From the human T2T-CHM13v2.0 reference genome, Homo sapiens, in the NCBI RefSeq assembly GCF_009914755.1, contig NC_060947.1: a stretch of 64,000 nt of DNA. One strand, 5' to 3'. The notes below the pieces were generated by a model. The model saw only the letters and a list, made by a program, of their open reading frames with translations. It was not told the origin of the DNA and made no database searches. Position 1 is the stretch's first letter. Every line of letters begins with the position of its first letter. This document shows positions 19,321-42,230 of the stretch, piece after piece. The translations under genes were made by a program, and so were the position numbers.

Positions 19321-20744
19321 TCTGTAATTATTATGTTATCTTATTTTTTGTCCTCTCCATTAGAATGTAAGCTCCCTAACAAGAGGGAGACCATGTCTGT
19401 CTTTCCCCTTTCCATCTCCAATGCATACCAGATGCAAAATAGGTGTGAATGAATGAATGGCTACGCTATTGCGTACGTACCAGTTCTTGCACCTTCTCAT
19501 TGCCACTTAGCCAAAGCAGCTCAATAATTTTTATCCCACCAGTTGGGCCCGTTCCCAATGGAAATAAGACCAAAAATGTCCTACACGTACCAAATTATGT
19601 TCCTTGGTCATAGTGACACTGTTCATTGCCTACTTGGCATTGATTCCCACGAGTCCTCCTTCAAAACAGAGCCCTAGGCTTGTCCTGGTATCCACTCCAC
19701 CCCTATATGAACCAGGAAACTCCATCTGTCCCATTCCAGAAACTGGTTCTAACTGGTCTAAGCCAAACATAATAAACCCAGCCCTCTTGGAAGATGAATA
19801 TTGCAAGAACCCAGGTTTAAGCCCACTGATGTTCAGCATTGCCCTGAAAAATGGCTACTAGTTCACAGGTGGGCAGGTAATCTAAGTTGATTTCCCTGTC
19901 TGGAGAGATGCCTCTTGTCCCAGATGCTGCTGGCAGCCACCTGGGAACTATATGGGAGACCAGCTAAAGGACGAAGCAGACACACAGACAAGGGTAGGGC
20001 TGAGATAACCACAGAGACAACAGGAGCCCTGGTTGTGCCATGCCTGGAGCCTGTCCAGCCTCTGGACAACCTGGTGCCTGAGATAACAAATTTCCTTAAT
20101 GTTTAGGGTGATTTGAGTGACAACAAGCAGGGATTTCTGTTCTTCACAGTCAAATGCATCGTAATTGACACACTCATTAATCCTGGCATAGACGATCTAC
20201 ATTTCGAGAAATCTATGTTTCTCATGTGGCAACCTCAACAATTAACTCCTTTTAGTCATGTGACGCTAAGCCTCAAGCTTAATGTAAATTTCCAAAGAGG
20301 TTCTCAAACTAATCACCCCCTGATACCCAGGGATGCACCCCCATCCCAAAAGGCACTTGGTTCCTTCTCAGAAGATTCAAGTCCTCTTTTCCACAAAATT
20401 GGCAAAATAAAGGGTGGGGGCTAAGGATAAGAAATGATGGCCTTATCATGATCTAGAAGATGGCAGTTAGAGTAACAAAGGGCATTGATAGGCCCCATGT
20501 GCAGGTACATAAAGATTTTGCCTTTGGAAAGCCAAAAACATGAGAGCCTCCGCCCCCCACTCCCCACCCCTGTCCCCTCGCCGCCCATCTCCTCTGGAAG
20601 TGGGAGACTGTGGGAAATTTGGTCCTCTCTGAGCCCTGTGAATACCACCAGGCTAGACACCTTTTCCAGAGGCTCAGCTTGTAATCACTGGGTTCCTCAC
20701 ACTAAGCATCCATATTCCCCAGTAATTCAGCATGAAAGCCGTAC

Positions 20745-20800
20745 CTCGAACCGATGTCTGTGTCTTTCTTCTATAAAAGGAACATCACCATAAAGTTTCC
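20745..20800 (-). CDS. CTPS2: CTP synthase 2, internal coding exon (56 nt; probably exon 15)
   Basis: (R)KLYGDVPFIEERHRHRFE contains the conserved ERHRHRxE motif. Acceptor ctttacag|GG, donor GAG|gtacgg; phase continues from the previous exon (A+GG=Arg). Confidence 0.97.
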
Positions 20801-21742
20801 CTGTAAAGATACAAGAGCGAGATTAATATTAGAGTAAGCAGCTTCACAAGCACATCCATGATGCTTTGTGGAGGCAAGTGCCTGGATCACTATCTATCTA
20901 TCAGAGGACTAAAAATGAACTAATAGACTCCATATAGTCATCTAGATTTTCTTCTTTTCTAATAGAAGATGGCGATAGCTTCTTTGAAAACCTGAAGCAC
21001 TTCTCAAGTAAGCCATCACCATTGCATAAAAGGAAGCCAGATGCTACACAAGTCCACCACAGAATCCAGCAGATCTGCCCTCCTTATATACACCTGCCTG
21101 CAGGACTAAGAGACGGCCATGTCTGCACTATCGCTTCAGTGCAGATTTGTAATGAGCCTCATTTACAAAGGAAGAAAACAAAACTGGGGGCAGGGAAGAG
21201 ACTTGCCCAAAGCCCTGCCTTGCTGGGCAGCGGAGCCTGTTCTTGATCCCAGGCTTCCTCACACCTGGCCCAATGCTTTCTCCACTCCACCAGCTGCCTC
21301 CAGATTTTCACACCATACTGGCCACATTCAAAATGTACTCCACCTTAAAAATGTACCTATCCTATGATCCTACAGTTGGACTTCTCAGAATTTATCCCAG
21401 AAAATAGAAATGAGGACAAAGACTTAACCACAAAGATGTGCACTGCTGAATTATTTAATAGCAAATAATTGGAAGCAAGCTGAGCATCAAGAATAGACAA
21501 ACTGGTGGATTAAATGATAGCACATCTATGCCAACAGCTCTTAACCAGGGGTGTGTGGCTGAGAATCATCTGGGGAGCTGCCTAAACATGCCTACGTAGC
21601 TGAGGCACTGCAGCTAAGCACAGCACCCTGGGCATGACCAGTGTGGCGATGGGCACGGCGATCAACGAGCTGCCTAGTGACTTCATTGTCAGGTGAATAG
21701 GAGTCGGATCCATCACCAAACACCTCTCAAGAATGCCCCCAT

Positions 21743-21913
21743 TGGGAACATCACACACCGGGGCTTGTCGGGGGGTAGGGGGTTGGGGGAGGGATAGCAT
21801 TAGGAGAATACCTAATGTAAATGATGAGTTGATGGGTGCAGCACACCAACATGGCACATGTATACCTATGTAACAAACCTGCACATTGTGCACATGTACC
21901 CTAGAACTTAAAG

Positions 21914-21946
<33 letters not shown>
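21743..21946 (+). mobile_element. 5'-truncated L1PA 3' end with (TAA)n tail
   Basis: L1PA 3'UTR ...CCCTAGAACTTAAAGTATAATA; TSD AAGAATGCCCC at 21729 and 21947. Confidence 0.92.
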
Positions 21947-21948
<2 letters not shown>

Positions 21949-22590
21949 GAATGCCCCTACTGGAGCATGTGGAGAAGCAGGATGGTCCAGGGACCAAGTG
22001 GGCTCCAGCACTGGAGCAGTCTGAGAGGACCAGAGACTCTTCCTACAGCACTAGCCCTCAAAACGCAGATCCCAGGTACACAGCCAAGGGTTAAGAAGAT
22101 AACAGTGCTGGAAGTCATGCTGAAACTCCAACAGAATCAGAAGCCATGCTCAGTTCAACAGGCAGGGAATTATCAGACTCTCAAAGACATCATGAGGCTG
22201 GAACAGGATGTTTCAACCAAGAAAAACCAAATAAATGCTTTCTTTGCATCTTGTTTGAGCTTTTGACTTGGATCAAGCAAACACAAATGGGTTGTATTCT
22301 CATATAACTTTGTACGATCAATGATCACAGCTGAACTTCTATTTGCAATTCTGTCCATATAGACTGAGCTCCCTGGTGACGATATGAATGATAGTGAATA
22401 TTTAAGGTATGTATTTTAGAAAAAAGGGGAATAGTGGGGGCAGGGAGTTCCTTTGAGAGAATGCGAACATACCACTGGCAGGGGTCATTCAGGACAGCCT
22501 AAACTAAAACAACTGCTTCATAAAAATTAAAATAAAAATGGGAAATAAAGCACAATAACATACAGTTAGAAAACACAGACGCATCAGGAA

Positions 22591-22915
22591 GGCCGGGCGC
22601 GGTGGCTCACACCTGTAATCCCAGCACTTTGGGAAGCTGAGAGGGGGAGGATCACTTAAGGTCAGGAGTTCAAGACCAGCCTGGCCAACATGGTGAAACC
22701 CCATCTCTACTAAACAAAAATTAGCCCAGCGTGGTGGTGCGCACCTGTAATCCCAGCTACTCAGGAGGCTGGGGCACGAGAATCACTTGAACCTGGAAGG
22801 CGGAGGTTGCAGTAAGCCAGGATGTCACCACTGCACTCCAACCTGCCAACCTTGGTGACAGAGCGAGATGCTGTCTCAAAAAAAAAAAAAGAAAGAAAAA
22901 GAAAAAGAAAGAAAA
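22591..22915 (+). mobile_element. AluS
   Basis: Alu consensus; TSD GCATCAGGAA. Confidence 0.92.
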
Positions 22916-23569
22916 CATAGAAGCATCAGGAAGTTGCCTCAGAGGATCCTAAGTGTCCTATGACCTCTGACTTTGACATTGATCTTTTCCTCCTATAGTC
23001 CAAAATTTCTTTTCTGTTCCCTTCATTACAATAGGTGATTTGTAAATCCAATACTAGAGTCTGCCAACATTTCTCGAGATGATGGGGAAAATGGCACAAA
23101 TCTCCAAATTAGGATATAAGGAATCGTATCTTCGAGTCAAGGGGACTAGCAGGATATCATGAGAATGTTTGAAACTGTATGGTTTCTGACTGCTGCCTGG
23201 CTTAAGGCAGACTCTGTATTTGCTAAGATATCTCAGAGGTGACAGAAAGGGGTAGGGGAGTGTAGTGACTCTGAAGTCAGACTTCCTGGCTTTAAATTCC
23301 ACTGTACTATTTAACGGATGTGTGGCTTGGGCATATTATTTAACCTCTCTACCTCAGTTTCCTCATCTATAAAATAGGGATTATGATAGTTCCTACTTCA
23401 TAGAGTTGTAAGGATTAAATAAATCAAAATATGGGAAGCACTGAGAACAGAAAGCGAACCATTTCAGTGATTGATATTGTTATCTCCAGACAATAAAATC
23501 CAAATGAATGGAACTAGAACATAAGCTATACGAGGTAACAGACAAAATAGGGACCTGACCCTTCAATTA

Positions 23570-24556
<987 letters not shown>

Positions 24557-25574
24557 CATCCCCTCAATTCTTAAGACCAGCACCTAGCAGATAAGCAGAT
24601 ACTCAATAATGAATTGTTGAATGAAATCAACATACAACAGATACGATATATAATGAAACATGTTTTCAGAACTTTGGAAATTCTATTTTATGCATTCAAA
24701 ATCTTTCTTCATTGCTTACAAATCTATCAGAAATGAATTTACAAAATTAATCCATTGCTATACCTGTGAAAAAGGAAAAATTAAAATTTCCTTAAAAACT
24801 CTATGTTGAGAATCAGTTCAGAATGCTACCAATGAAATTCTATTTGAGAACATCCCGAAAACAAAATAAAACTAAGAATACTCATTCTGGAGCCCGGGTA
24901 CCCCAGTACCATCGATTCTGATTTGATTACTCTCAGGAGAGTGTCTGGCCACGTGGGTTTTAAAAATGCACCACAAGTCACCCTGACATGCATTTCTGGT
25001 TAGAATCAACTAATCTACACCAACATTGAAAGTGCAGTATAAGAACATTCCACGACAAGGCAAAATGCTAGATACTGTTGAATGTAAAATCTAGGAGTAG
25101 AGTCAGAAACTGAGAGGTATACACACCACGTTCCTAAGAGCAGTCCTCTGTCACAGGTGCCATGAAATGATCCTAGGAATGGGGGAAAATCTCAACAACA
25201 AAGTGACTCAGTCTTTCTTTCTGTCCTAGTCTTTTTAGAGACAAAATAAAATGTTCACTTAAGAAGTAAATGTCAGCAAAGCTTTAGAGAAAGAAAACCA
25301 ACAAAAGTCTTAGGACCTATAAAGCACTCCCAATGCAGGCAGAAAGACACCAAAAATGTGGATAAAAGGGTTATCAGAAACAAAAACCACCTTTCCAAAT
25401 TATACCATCTCTTTCTCTAATTTGCTACTGGGTAAGATACTGCCTCATACATAATATATTTTTACCTGTTTAATGGTCCTGCCCATGCCTACCCTCATGT
25501 GAGTAATCCTAGCAACTGAACCTAATTTTTTCCTTTGTCCTTTTGAGAGCCAAAATATCCCCCCAAAAAAGCTA

Positions 25575-27070
<1,496 letters not shown>

Positions 27071-27474
27071 AAAAACAAAAATCATCCAGCCCCACTCTTG
27101 TCCATGATGCCCTCTTGCTCTGACTCACCCTTTATTCAAACCTCCCACTCCCACCCTTTGCAACCTGGCTTTTGTTCCTGTGACTTTACAGAACTGCTCT
27201 CTAAAATCCAGCAGGTCTGTCTTCAGCTGCCACCCTTCCCCTTCTGTGACCTCTGCTCCTCCAGGCACTTTTTGCCCCATCTACCTGTTCATCATCCTCA
27301 ACTGGGGACCCCTGCCCAAGACTGTACCCTCTTTTCTTCTCCCACATTCGCTCCCCTGGAAGCTATCACCCACATAGCTGTCCACTCCCATTCTATACCT
27401 TCTGATCCTTATCTTTCCCCCGGTGCCATATCTCCTATTTCCAGGGGGCTAAAGGCAATCACCCATAGCATCTA

Positions 27475-27554
27475 ATACATTGGTACAAAAGTAACTGCAG
27501 TTTTTGCCATTATTTTCGACGGCAAAAACCGCAATTACTTTTGCACCAACTTAA
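27475..27554. mobile_element. MADE1 (Hsmar1-derived MITE)
   Basis: 80-bp palindrome TTGGTRCAAAAGTAAYTGCRGTTTTTGCC...GGCAAAAACCGCAATTACTTTTGCACCAAC flanked by TA on both sides. Confidence 0.92.
27479..27551 (-). ncRNA. MIR548AM: miR-548-family hairpin, matching MIR548AM, intronic and sense to CTPS2
   Basis: Minus strand reads AAAAGUAAUUGCGGUUUUUGCC (27521-27542) and CAAAAACUGCAGUUACUUUUGU (27485-27506), as I recall for miR-548am-5p and -3p; near-perfect palindrome. Confidence 0.85.
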
Positions 27555-28787
27555 TAAAAAAGTAAAACCACTACCTGCTGGGCTTCATTACCTCTTTTCT
27601 TGGTAGAATTGCCTTGCTTTTACACAAATGTCCTTTTTGCACCAGTGTCTTAATTTACTTCACTTTTAAGACTACCTGCAACCATGCCTTCTGCTAATTA
27701 GGCATTTTAAGGACCAGAGCCCTCTCGTATGTGCAAGAATTTGCTGATGCTTATCTAATTCAGTGCTTATCTAATTCAAAGATCCTAAGAGGCTGCCCAG
27801 GGTGCAGATATTTGTTGTATTTCGCTTGCAGAGTGCTGACAAACACACAATATTTTAAAAATGTAAATAAGTTGCCAACATTTAAACGTCAGGAGATTTT
27901 ACATAAAACTCCAGATTTCCAGATTTTCTTGAAAATTTAGAAGACTGGCAGCAGTGAATCCACAGTTCTTGATACAACTACCAGCTGTGGAAGTCACTTC
28001 TTTGATGGGGCACATGCTTGCTGATTTGCCACAGTCCCTACCACTCCTTACTGCCTCTCTAACTCTAAGGCTCAGTGTAGCTGCTGCTGATTGTTGAGCT
28101 TAAGCTGTGGCATTTCTCACACCTGCCTGTCTGCATGCCCTACTGGCCTAGATGCTCAGTGCAAAACTGACTCAGTGCTTGTGTCTATCCTTAAGCTAAA
28201 CCCGCGGTTTCAGACTGGCTTTCAGAAGAGGCCTGGGGTAGGGTCTTCGCTTTCTGCACCCCCTGCTCTCCACCCACCAGACACCCCCGAAACCTGCAAA
28301 ACCTTTTCTCAGGATTCTCAGTGAGGGCAGCATCCAGCTCTGGGAGCTGTTTGGGTTTTTCTGCCTCTTCTTTGATTAAGGTCCAGCCGTTTGGTACAGT
28401 GAGGTGGTCAAAGAGTCAGCTCAATGACTTTCTAACAAGTGACCTGGATGAGTGACTTAACTTTGCTAAGATTCCTTTCTTTTGTGCAAAATGGTGGCTG
28501 GGTCCTAGGGGTGATGAGAGCAATGTCTTAATTACTGGTGTGCAGAAAGCACCGAGTTGCAGCCAGCCACAGCTGGCTCCTTTATTTCTCCTTTACTTTC
28601 TCCTATATTTCTCCTTTATTTCTTACTTTTGAATTTTAGAATGTCATTTCTCCAATTTTTATAAAATATTTCATTTCTTTTAGTATCTAAACTCCTCCCC
28701 CTTCCCTAATTTTATCTTCCTAATCTGCTTTTATCTCAATTTTTTAGTATAATACATCTGAGTTGAAAAATGCGTCTTTGCTTTTAA

Positions 28788-29222
<435 letters not shown>

Positions 29223-30393
29223 TAGCAGCCAAGAAAGACAGAATAAAAATAACCTTGCAAGAGCAAGGGAAAGCCTATTCTTCCCTCCCACTCCCCTAGT
29301 GGGACCTCATTCTTAATGCCAGGTCACTAACCGACGTTTGCCCCAAGCTTTGAGAAGATCACAGGTCAATGCTCTCAAATATCAGCCACACTTAAACAGT
29401 GCCTTTTCTGTGCCAGGCACTGTTCTAAGGGCTCCCGCATATCATTTATTTAACCCTCACAAGAACCCCATGAGGCGGCGCTCTTATCTCTGTCTTTCAG
29501 ATGCAGAAACTGAGGCGTGGTGCGGGTAAGTAGCTCCACATAGCCAGAGACTGAGAGCTGAGGCCCAACGGGCCTCTGGTGAGCAGTGGCTCCACAGGCT
29601 GGGCTCTTAACCACTCCACTAGTTCCCTTCGGTGAAGTGATGAGGACAAGTGCTTGTCTAGAGAGGGGGCAGGAATGCCATCTGTTGTTAGGATGAAAGG
29701 TGCTATGTCCCAGACCTATGAACCTCCATATTAACAAACACGCTTTAGCGAATGGTTTCCCCAGTAAAAGGCAAGAAGCAGTAAGAAGACAGCCACCCTG
29801 CAGTGTGGACCTGGGCTCTGGGGGCAGGCGGGGAGGCTCGCCAAGTGGTATGCAGCTCTCACGAAGCCCTGCCGTGCTCCTCTGGAATTTGTGTCTCAGC
29901 ACAATGACAAATTACCATGGCATGGACTCAGGGTCCCTAAATCCCGGGCGACCTCTTTTAAACTGTTATGTAAATTACCTCATTAACTCAGTCGAGGATT
30001 TTTTTTTTTTACATGGTTTTTCTTTTTTTTTCCCCTGCTCTAATGTTTCACGAACATTCAATGTTGGTTTTGGTTTTAATTTTTAAACTTCCTAATCTAA
30101 TCACACCAGGAGCCAGAAGCTGTTTTTCCATATCAATGCTTTGATAAGAGACAAGAAAGCAAAAGCCATTTTTCTAGCCCCTGAAAACTTCTCCCCATTT
30201 CTTTCAGCTCTTTCAAATTTTAGACTTAACCACTCTGCATTTGCAATGCCATAAACTGTACCGGGACTCCCAGCACTGGGTCTCACTCAATATCTTTTTA
30301 ATGGGCCTCGTGCCTCTGTTCTTTCCAAACAAAACACTTTTTCCCTTACATTAAAGCAGAACTGGTCGTTTTAGTCAAGTTCTTCTTCTTTAA

Positions 30394-33766
<3,373 letters not shown>

Positions 33767-35129
33767 AAAGGTTCTTGTTTGGACCAGAATTCAACAGACT
33801 ATGGCCCAGCCCACAGTCATGGGATCCCCCTGACTGTTTCTGTTTGGCCCTTGAACTAAGAATGGTTTTTACATTTTAAATTGGTTGAAAAAATTAAATC
33901 AAAGAATATTATTTCATGCCACATGAAAATGATATGGAATCAACTTTCAGCGCCCATAGATAAAGTTTTGCTGGGACACAGCCGTGCTCGTTCACTCACA
34001 TATTTGCCTGTAGCTGTTTACACACCACAATGGCTACAAAGCCAAAAATATTTACTAACTGGCCCTTTATTGAAAAAGTTTACCAACCCATAGTTAAGTC
34101 CTAATAAAGACTTCAGACCTGGGCACTATATACACAAGTAAATCAACATTCGAAGTAGAAAACGTTTTCACTTTTTAGCAATGAACAGAAATAGGGCTCT
34201 TTTTGTTTCCATTAATACAGCAAGAAGAAAAATAATCCTACCAAAAAGACTAGGGAAAGCAGGGACACAAGTACAGTGAATGTCATTATGACCTTGCTCA
34301 GCCCTTCTTTCCAACAGTCTGGCAGAATTATCAGTCATAAAAGTGTTCATACCCTTTGACCTAATAATCCAACTCCTGGAAATCTATACTAAGGAAATAT
34401 TCAAAAGAACGAAAACACTGTGTCAGGATGTTCGATTCAGCATTTTTCTAACAAAATGCCAGAAACCATGTGAAGTGTTTTATCAGTAGGAAATGAATCA
34501 GCAGAATATGCCTCCTTAACGCGATTAAATACTATATGCACAGATCATAGACAGGAAGACCAGATACAGGAAAAAGTGATGCCACCAGAAAAGACTACAT
34601 AAAAACTAATCTTGATGAAGTCTGGAAAAGACCATGGATATGCAGTTAATACTCAGATACAGGATTATAGATAATACAGTTTAGAAAAAATCTTCTTTCT
34701 TTTTTTAATTGACAATAATTATACATATTTATGGGGCACATAGTGATATTTCAATACATATAATGTATAGTGATCAAATCAGGGTAATTATTTTGAATCC
34801 TTTAACAAATCTCTCCCTCTTCCTCAAAATGTCTCATTTCTAAGGACCCTTGAATCAGCTTTGATAATTCTACACACACTGTCATTAGCCCTTTTATAGG
34901 AAAAGGCCTTTGCAGATGAAGACAACACATAGAACACAGGAAGGGAACTTCTAGGAACACACTGCTTATAAGTAGGGCAAATAATCATTACCAGTACTTT
35001 TGTCCAAATCAATTCAAACCTATAATCTCCACTTCAGAAAAAGTGAATTCATAGTTTTCATAACCCTTAAGGAATTAACAGGTTATTAAGAAAAAAAGAG
35101 GAATTGTTCTTGAATATAAAAGTTAGGCT

Positions 35130-38741
<3,612 letters not shown>

Positions 38742-39609
38742 TTATAACTTCACAGGATTCTAAGGGATTCTTATAATTTCACGAAAATGACACTGAACAC
38801 TCACAATTCCTGAGCTCCCTCTCTGCATCCGGTCCCCTTAGCAATCTGCCTTCCCCTTTTGTCACATTTCTTCCCCTTGTTTTGAGGCCCTAGGAGGGCA
38901 GGGCTGGTATCTGTCCTGGTCACTATTATATCTGCACATGGCACAGAGTGGGCACTCAAGATACATTTATTAAATTGAATTAAAGGCTTTAGTTTGTTTT
39001 AAACAATAAGTTATTCTTATATAATATGCTAATTTATGAAAAAGTTCCACAGAAATTAGAATTAACCTTATGGGGAGTGGAAAGATCAGCAAATATCAAA
39101 TGGCGAGCCATCTCCCCACACTGGGGCTGCCAGGGAACAGAGAAATACGCTTCTGAGGTGCATAACTGCCCTCCTACTCGGAAGTTCATTTGTGAGTCAC
39201 TAAGACCAGGCAAACAGACATTAAACAGGGAACCGGTTCAAATGTAATGGAGAGAACTGTGGATTCAAAAGAACTGAGTGTGAATCAGTCCAAGTCCCAG
39301 TCCAAGTTCATCTCCAGGAGCATCGGTAACTCACAAAACAGCCCAATGAACAGGGAGTCACGCAGATCAAATGCGGAGGGGCATTCAGTGTGTTCTACTG
39401 AGGCCAGCCCAAGGGACAAGCTTACTAGGGAGAAGAATGCCCAGAGCAGAGGGTCAGTGAGGGCAGGGGAGATGGGAAGAGAGAGAATCAGGGCCCTCCG
39501 AGGATGCTGGAAGGGGCAGGGGGAGTCTCCACCACCCAGAGTGCTGGGCACCTGCAGTCACATGAGCCACATCCAACATCTTGTAAAATAAACAATATGG
39601 GAAACTTAC

Positions 39610-39706
39610 TTAATATTGAATTTTCAGTTTTGAAAACAGTTCTTCTTATTCCCAGTCTCATTGTTCCTCCCAAATTGCCAGGGTTGTGCTCGGGCATATC
39701 AATCAC
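39610..39706 (-). CDS. CTPS2: CTP synthase 2, internal coding exon (97 nt; probably exon 14, residues ~433-465)
   Basis: Minus-strand translation [32 protein letters not shown] matches the CTPS glutaminase domain (GGTMRLG motif). Acceptor ttttctaag|GTG, donor TTAA|gtaagt, ends in phase 1. Confidence 0.97.
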
Positions 39707-40186
39707 CTTAGAAAACAAAACAAGTCCAGTTTTGCCATCTTGTAAAAATGTCATTTCCCAAATTTCAAGCTTTACGTTTAAAGGAATGATCATTGGGTAA
39801 GCATGGTCCCTAAACTATAACATTTGATCAGTCTTTCCAACGATCATGTTCAAATACAGGCATGACATAGACACACTGCACATTGTACTTCCTTTCCATC
39901 TGCTTCTCATCTTTCATTTAAATCACTTATAAAACAATGTATCAGGAGCATCTTGATGATGTCCCTCCTGCCATTACTCAAACCATCAGTTCCAAGTAGT
40001 CCTCACACTTCGAGATCTGGATTGCTGAGGCCTCCCACTTCGGTGTTCACATCTTTCATGATAACCCTCTTCCCCCACTGCCCAGTGCATTCCCTAAAGA
40101 TTTTCCATAAGCAAATCTATCAGTACTTGTACTGTGGAAAGGTATACCAAAAGAACCTATTTATAGAAAACCATTAGAGGGATTCC

Positions 40187-40242
40187 AAAAAAAGAGAAAG
40201 AAAGAAAGAAAGAAAGAGAAAGGAAAAGAAAAGGAAAAGAAA

Positions 40243-40298
<56 letters not shown>

Positions 40299-40337
40299 AG
40301 AAAAGAAAAGGAAAAGAAAAGAAAAGAAAGAAAGAAG
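40187..40337 (+). repeat. (GAAA)n / polypurine microsatellite
   Basis: ~150 nt composed only of A and G with a long perfect GAAA core. Confidence 0.97.
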
Positions 40338-41933
40338 TATCATCCAGTCTAGCACACTCTGTAGGTCGGAAACTTAAGTGGCACCCTTGATCGCTCCCTC
40401 TCCCTCATAGCCACTCTGTCAAGTCCTGTGGATTTATCCCCTCCAGAATTCCCGCATCCATCCACTTCTCTCCAGCCTTCTCCCAGGCTACAGCAATGGC
40501 TCACTGACTGGCCACTCAACATTCCCATGGCCCCAGCACACCCTACCTACTGCAGGCAGAGTGGTCTATTCACACAGCAAATCTTAGTGCGGCATTTTTC
40601 CTGCTTGAAACCCTTGACCTCATGGTATCAGGCCAGCCTAACCGTCCAGCCTTATCTTATATTCCCTGCCCCTCTCACCCTGAGTGCTGGTTCTTTGAGT
40701 TTTTCAACTGCATCTCCTTTCCTCCCGCCGTGGCGACTTGGCCCACACTGTGCCCTCTGCCTGGACAATCTCCTCCCATTCCTCTGCCCTCTTTTCCTAA
40801 ATGAAACCATGCTTAACCCTGAAATCTTAGCTCCACTATCCAACATCAGCCACTCCAGGAGCTGGTATTTCTGGGAGCCATAGCTGAGTCAGGGTCCTCT
40901 CTCTGTGCCCTCACAGAACGAGGTTCTTCCCCATCCCTGCCTTTCTCTCAGTTTGTGTCTGGCGAGTGCTTTGTGGGAGAGACAGTCAATCTTTGAGAGC
41001 CGGAGTGGCTTTATATTTATGATCACAATCGCACTGCAGAAATTGAGAAACAGGTGATTTTTATGAAAAGCCTATCCTGGTGAGTCTCGTAATTCATCTG
41101 TTTTCTCAGTTCTGTTCACTACGATCTCATGGTTTCATCTCATCTTCTTTTTTAAAGTTGTTAGAACAGACTACAGTTGGGTGAGTGGACCTGTTCTAAT
41201 GGAATTGCTTGAGCTTCCCTCTCATAAAACCTTTCATTTGTTGTTGTTGTTTTTTTCCCATACCGTAATTGCCACATATTGCTCTACAGGAATCTTTGAC
41301 AACTGGAATTTTCTGAGGTAAAAAATTCCCAACAAAATGTCTGATCTTATCAGTGCCCCAGAACTTTCCGAGCCATCTGAACACAGTGTCCCAAGCTTGC
41401 TCCAAGAGTTACTTCAGGGAAAGGGTGGAGAAGAAACTCGATGACCTCCCTTGTTAGATGGACTGCTCAATTCTCAAGTGCTCTTGGCCTTGGCATCTTG
41501 TTCCTATCTTTGGTTAGCTAATTATGGCTAGGTTAAGTATTACTGGAGTGAGGTGAGATAGGGCATTCACTTCTGGCCGATGAAGCTGAGTTGCACATAG
41601 ATGCCTGGCCTCTCTATGTATTCTCTAAATCAGGTAAGACTGCACCACCTGCCACAGATTCAGAAGTCCTACGTGTATTCAGAGCCTCAACTTCCATTTA
41701 AGTTTCAGACAACCTGAACCATCTAGGCAGACTACAGGGATAACCTCCCCTAATTTCTTGATAGAAGTGCACTACGACTCTTCAGTCTTCCTCACTGTGT
41801 TGGGTCCCAATACCCAATACCCAAGAAGAGTCTTTACATGTAGTTTGTTCAGTTACTGGCAAGGTTGGTATTCAAGAAATATTCTGGTATGAAGCATTGA
41901 GATTAGAGTAAAATTAGCCAACTAAGAACAGGA

Positions 41934-42230
41934 GGCCAGGTGCAGTGGCTCACGCCTGCAATCCCAACCCTTTGGGAGACCAAGGCAGACAGATCACTGG
42001 AGCCAGAAGTTCGAGACCAGCCTGGACAATATGGTCTCTACAAAAAATACAAAAATTAGCTGGGTGTGGTGGCACAGGCTGCAGTCCCAGCTATTCAGGA
42101 GGCTGAGGTGGAAAGATTGCTAGAGCCTAGGAGGCGGAGGTTGCAGTGAGCTATGATCACACCACTGCACTCCAGCCTGGATGACAGAGCAAGACCTTGT
42201 CTCAAAAATGTAAACAAAAGAAAAGAAAAA
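41934..42230 (+). mobile_element. AluJ
   Basis: Alu consensus; TSD AAGAACAGGA. Confidence 0.9.

Noticed and set aside
21967-22358. Overlapping 99-aa and 61-aa ORFs in apparently non-repeat DNA
   Set aside because: No recognisable domain, splice structure, or poly-A/TSD of a retrocopy; a tblastn/PhyloCSF check would be needed.
29470-29950. Mild CpG enrichment
   Set aside because: Too sparse for a CpG island and partly within MIR-like sequence.
39488-39793. 101-aa minus-strand ORF as a stand-alone gene
   Set aside because: Only the central 32 codons are the CTPS2 exon; the flanks are intronic.
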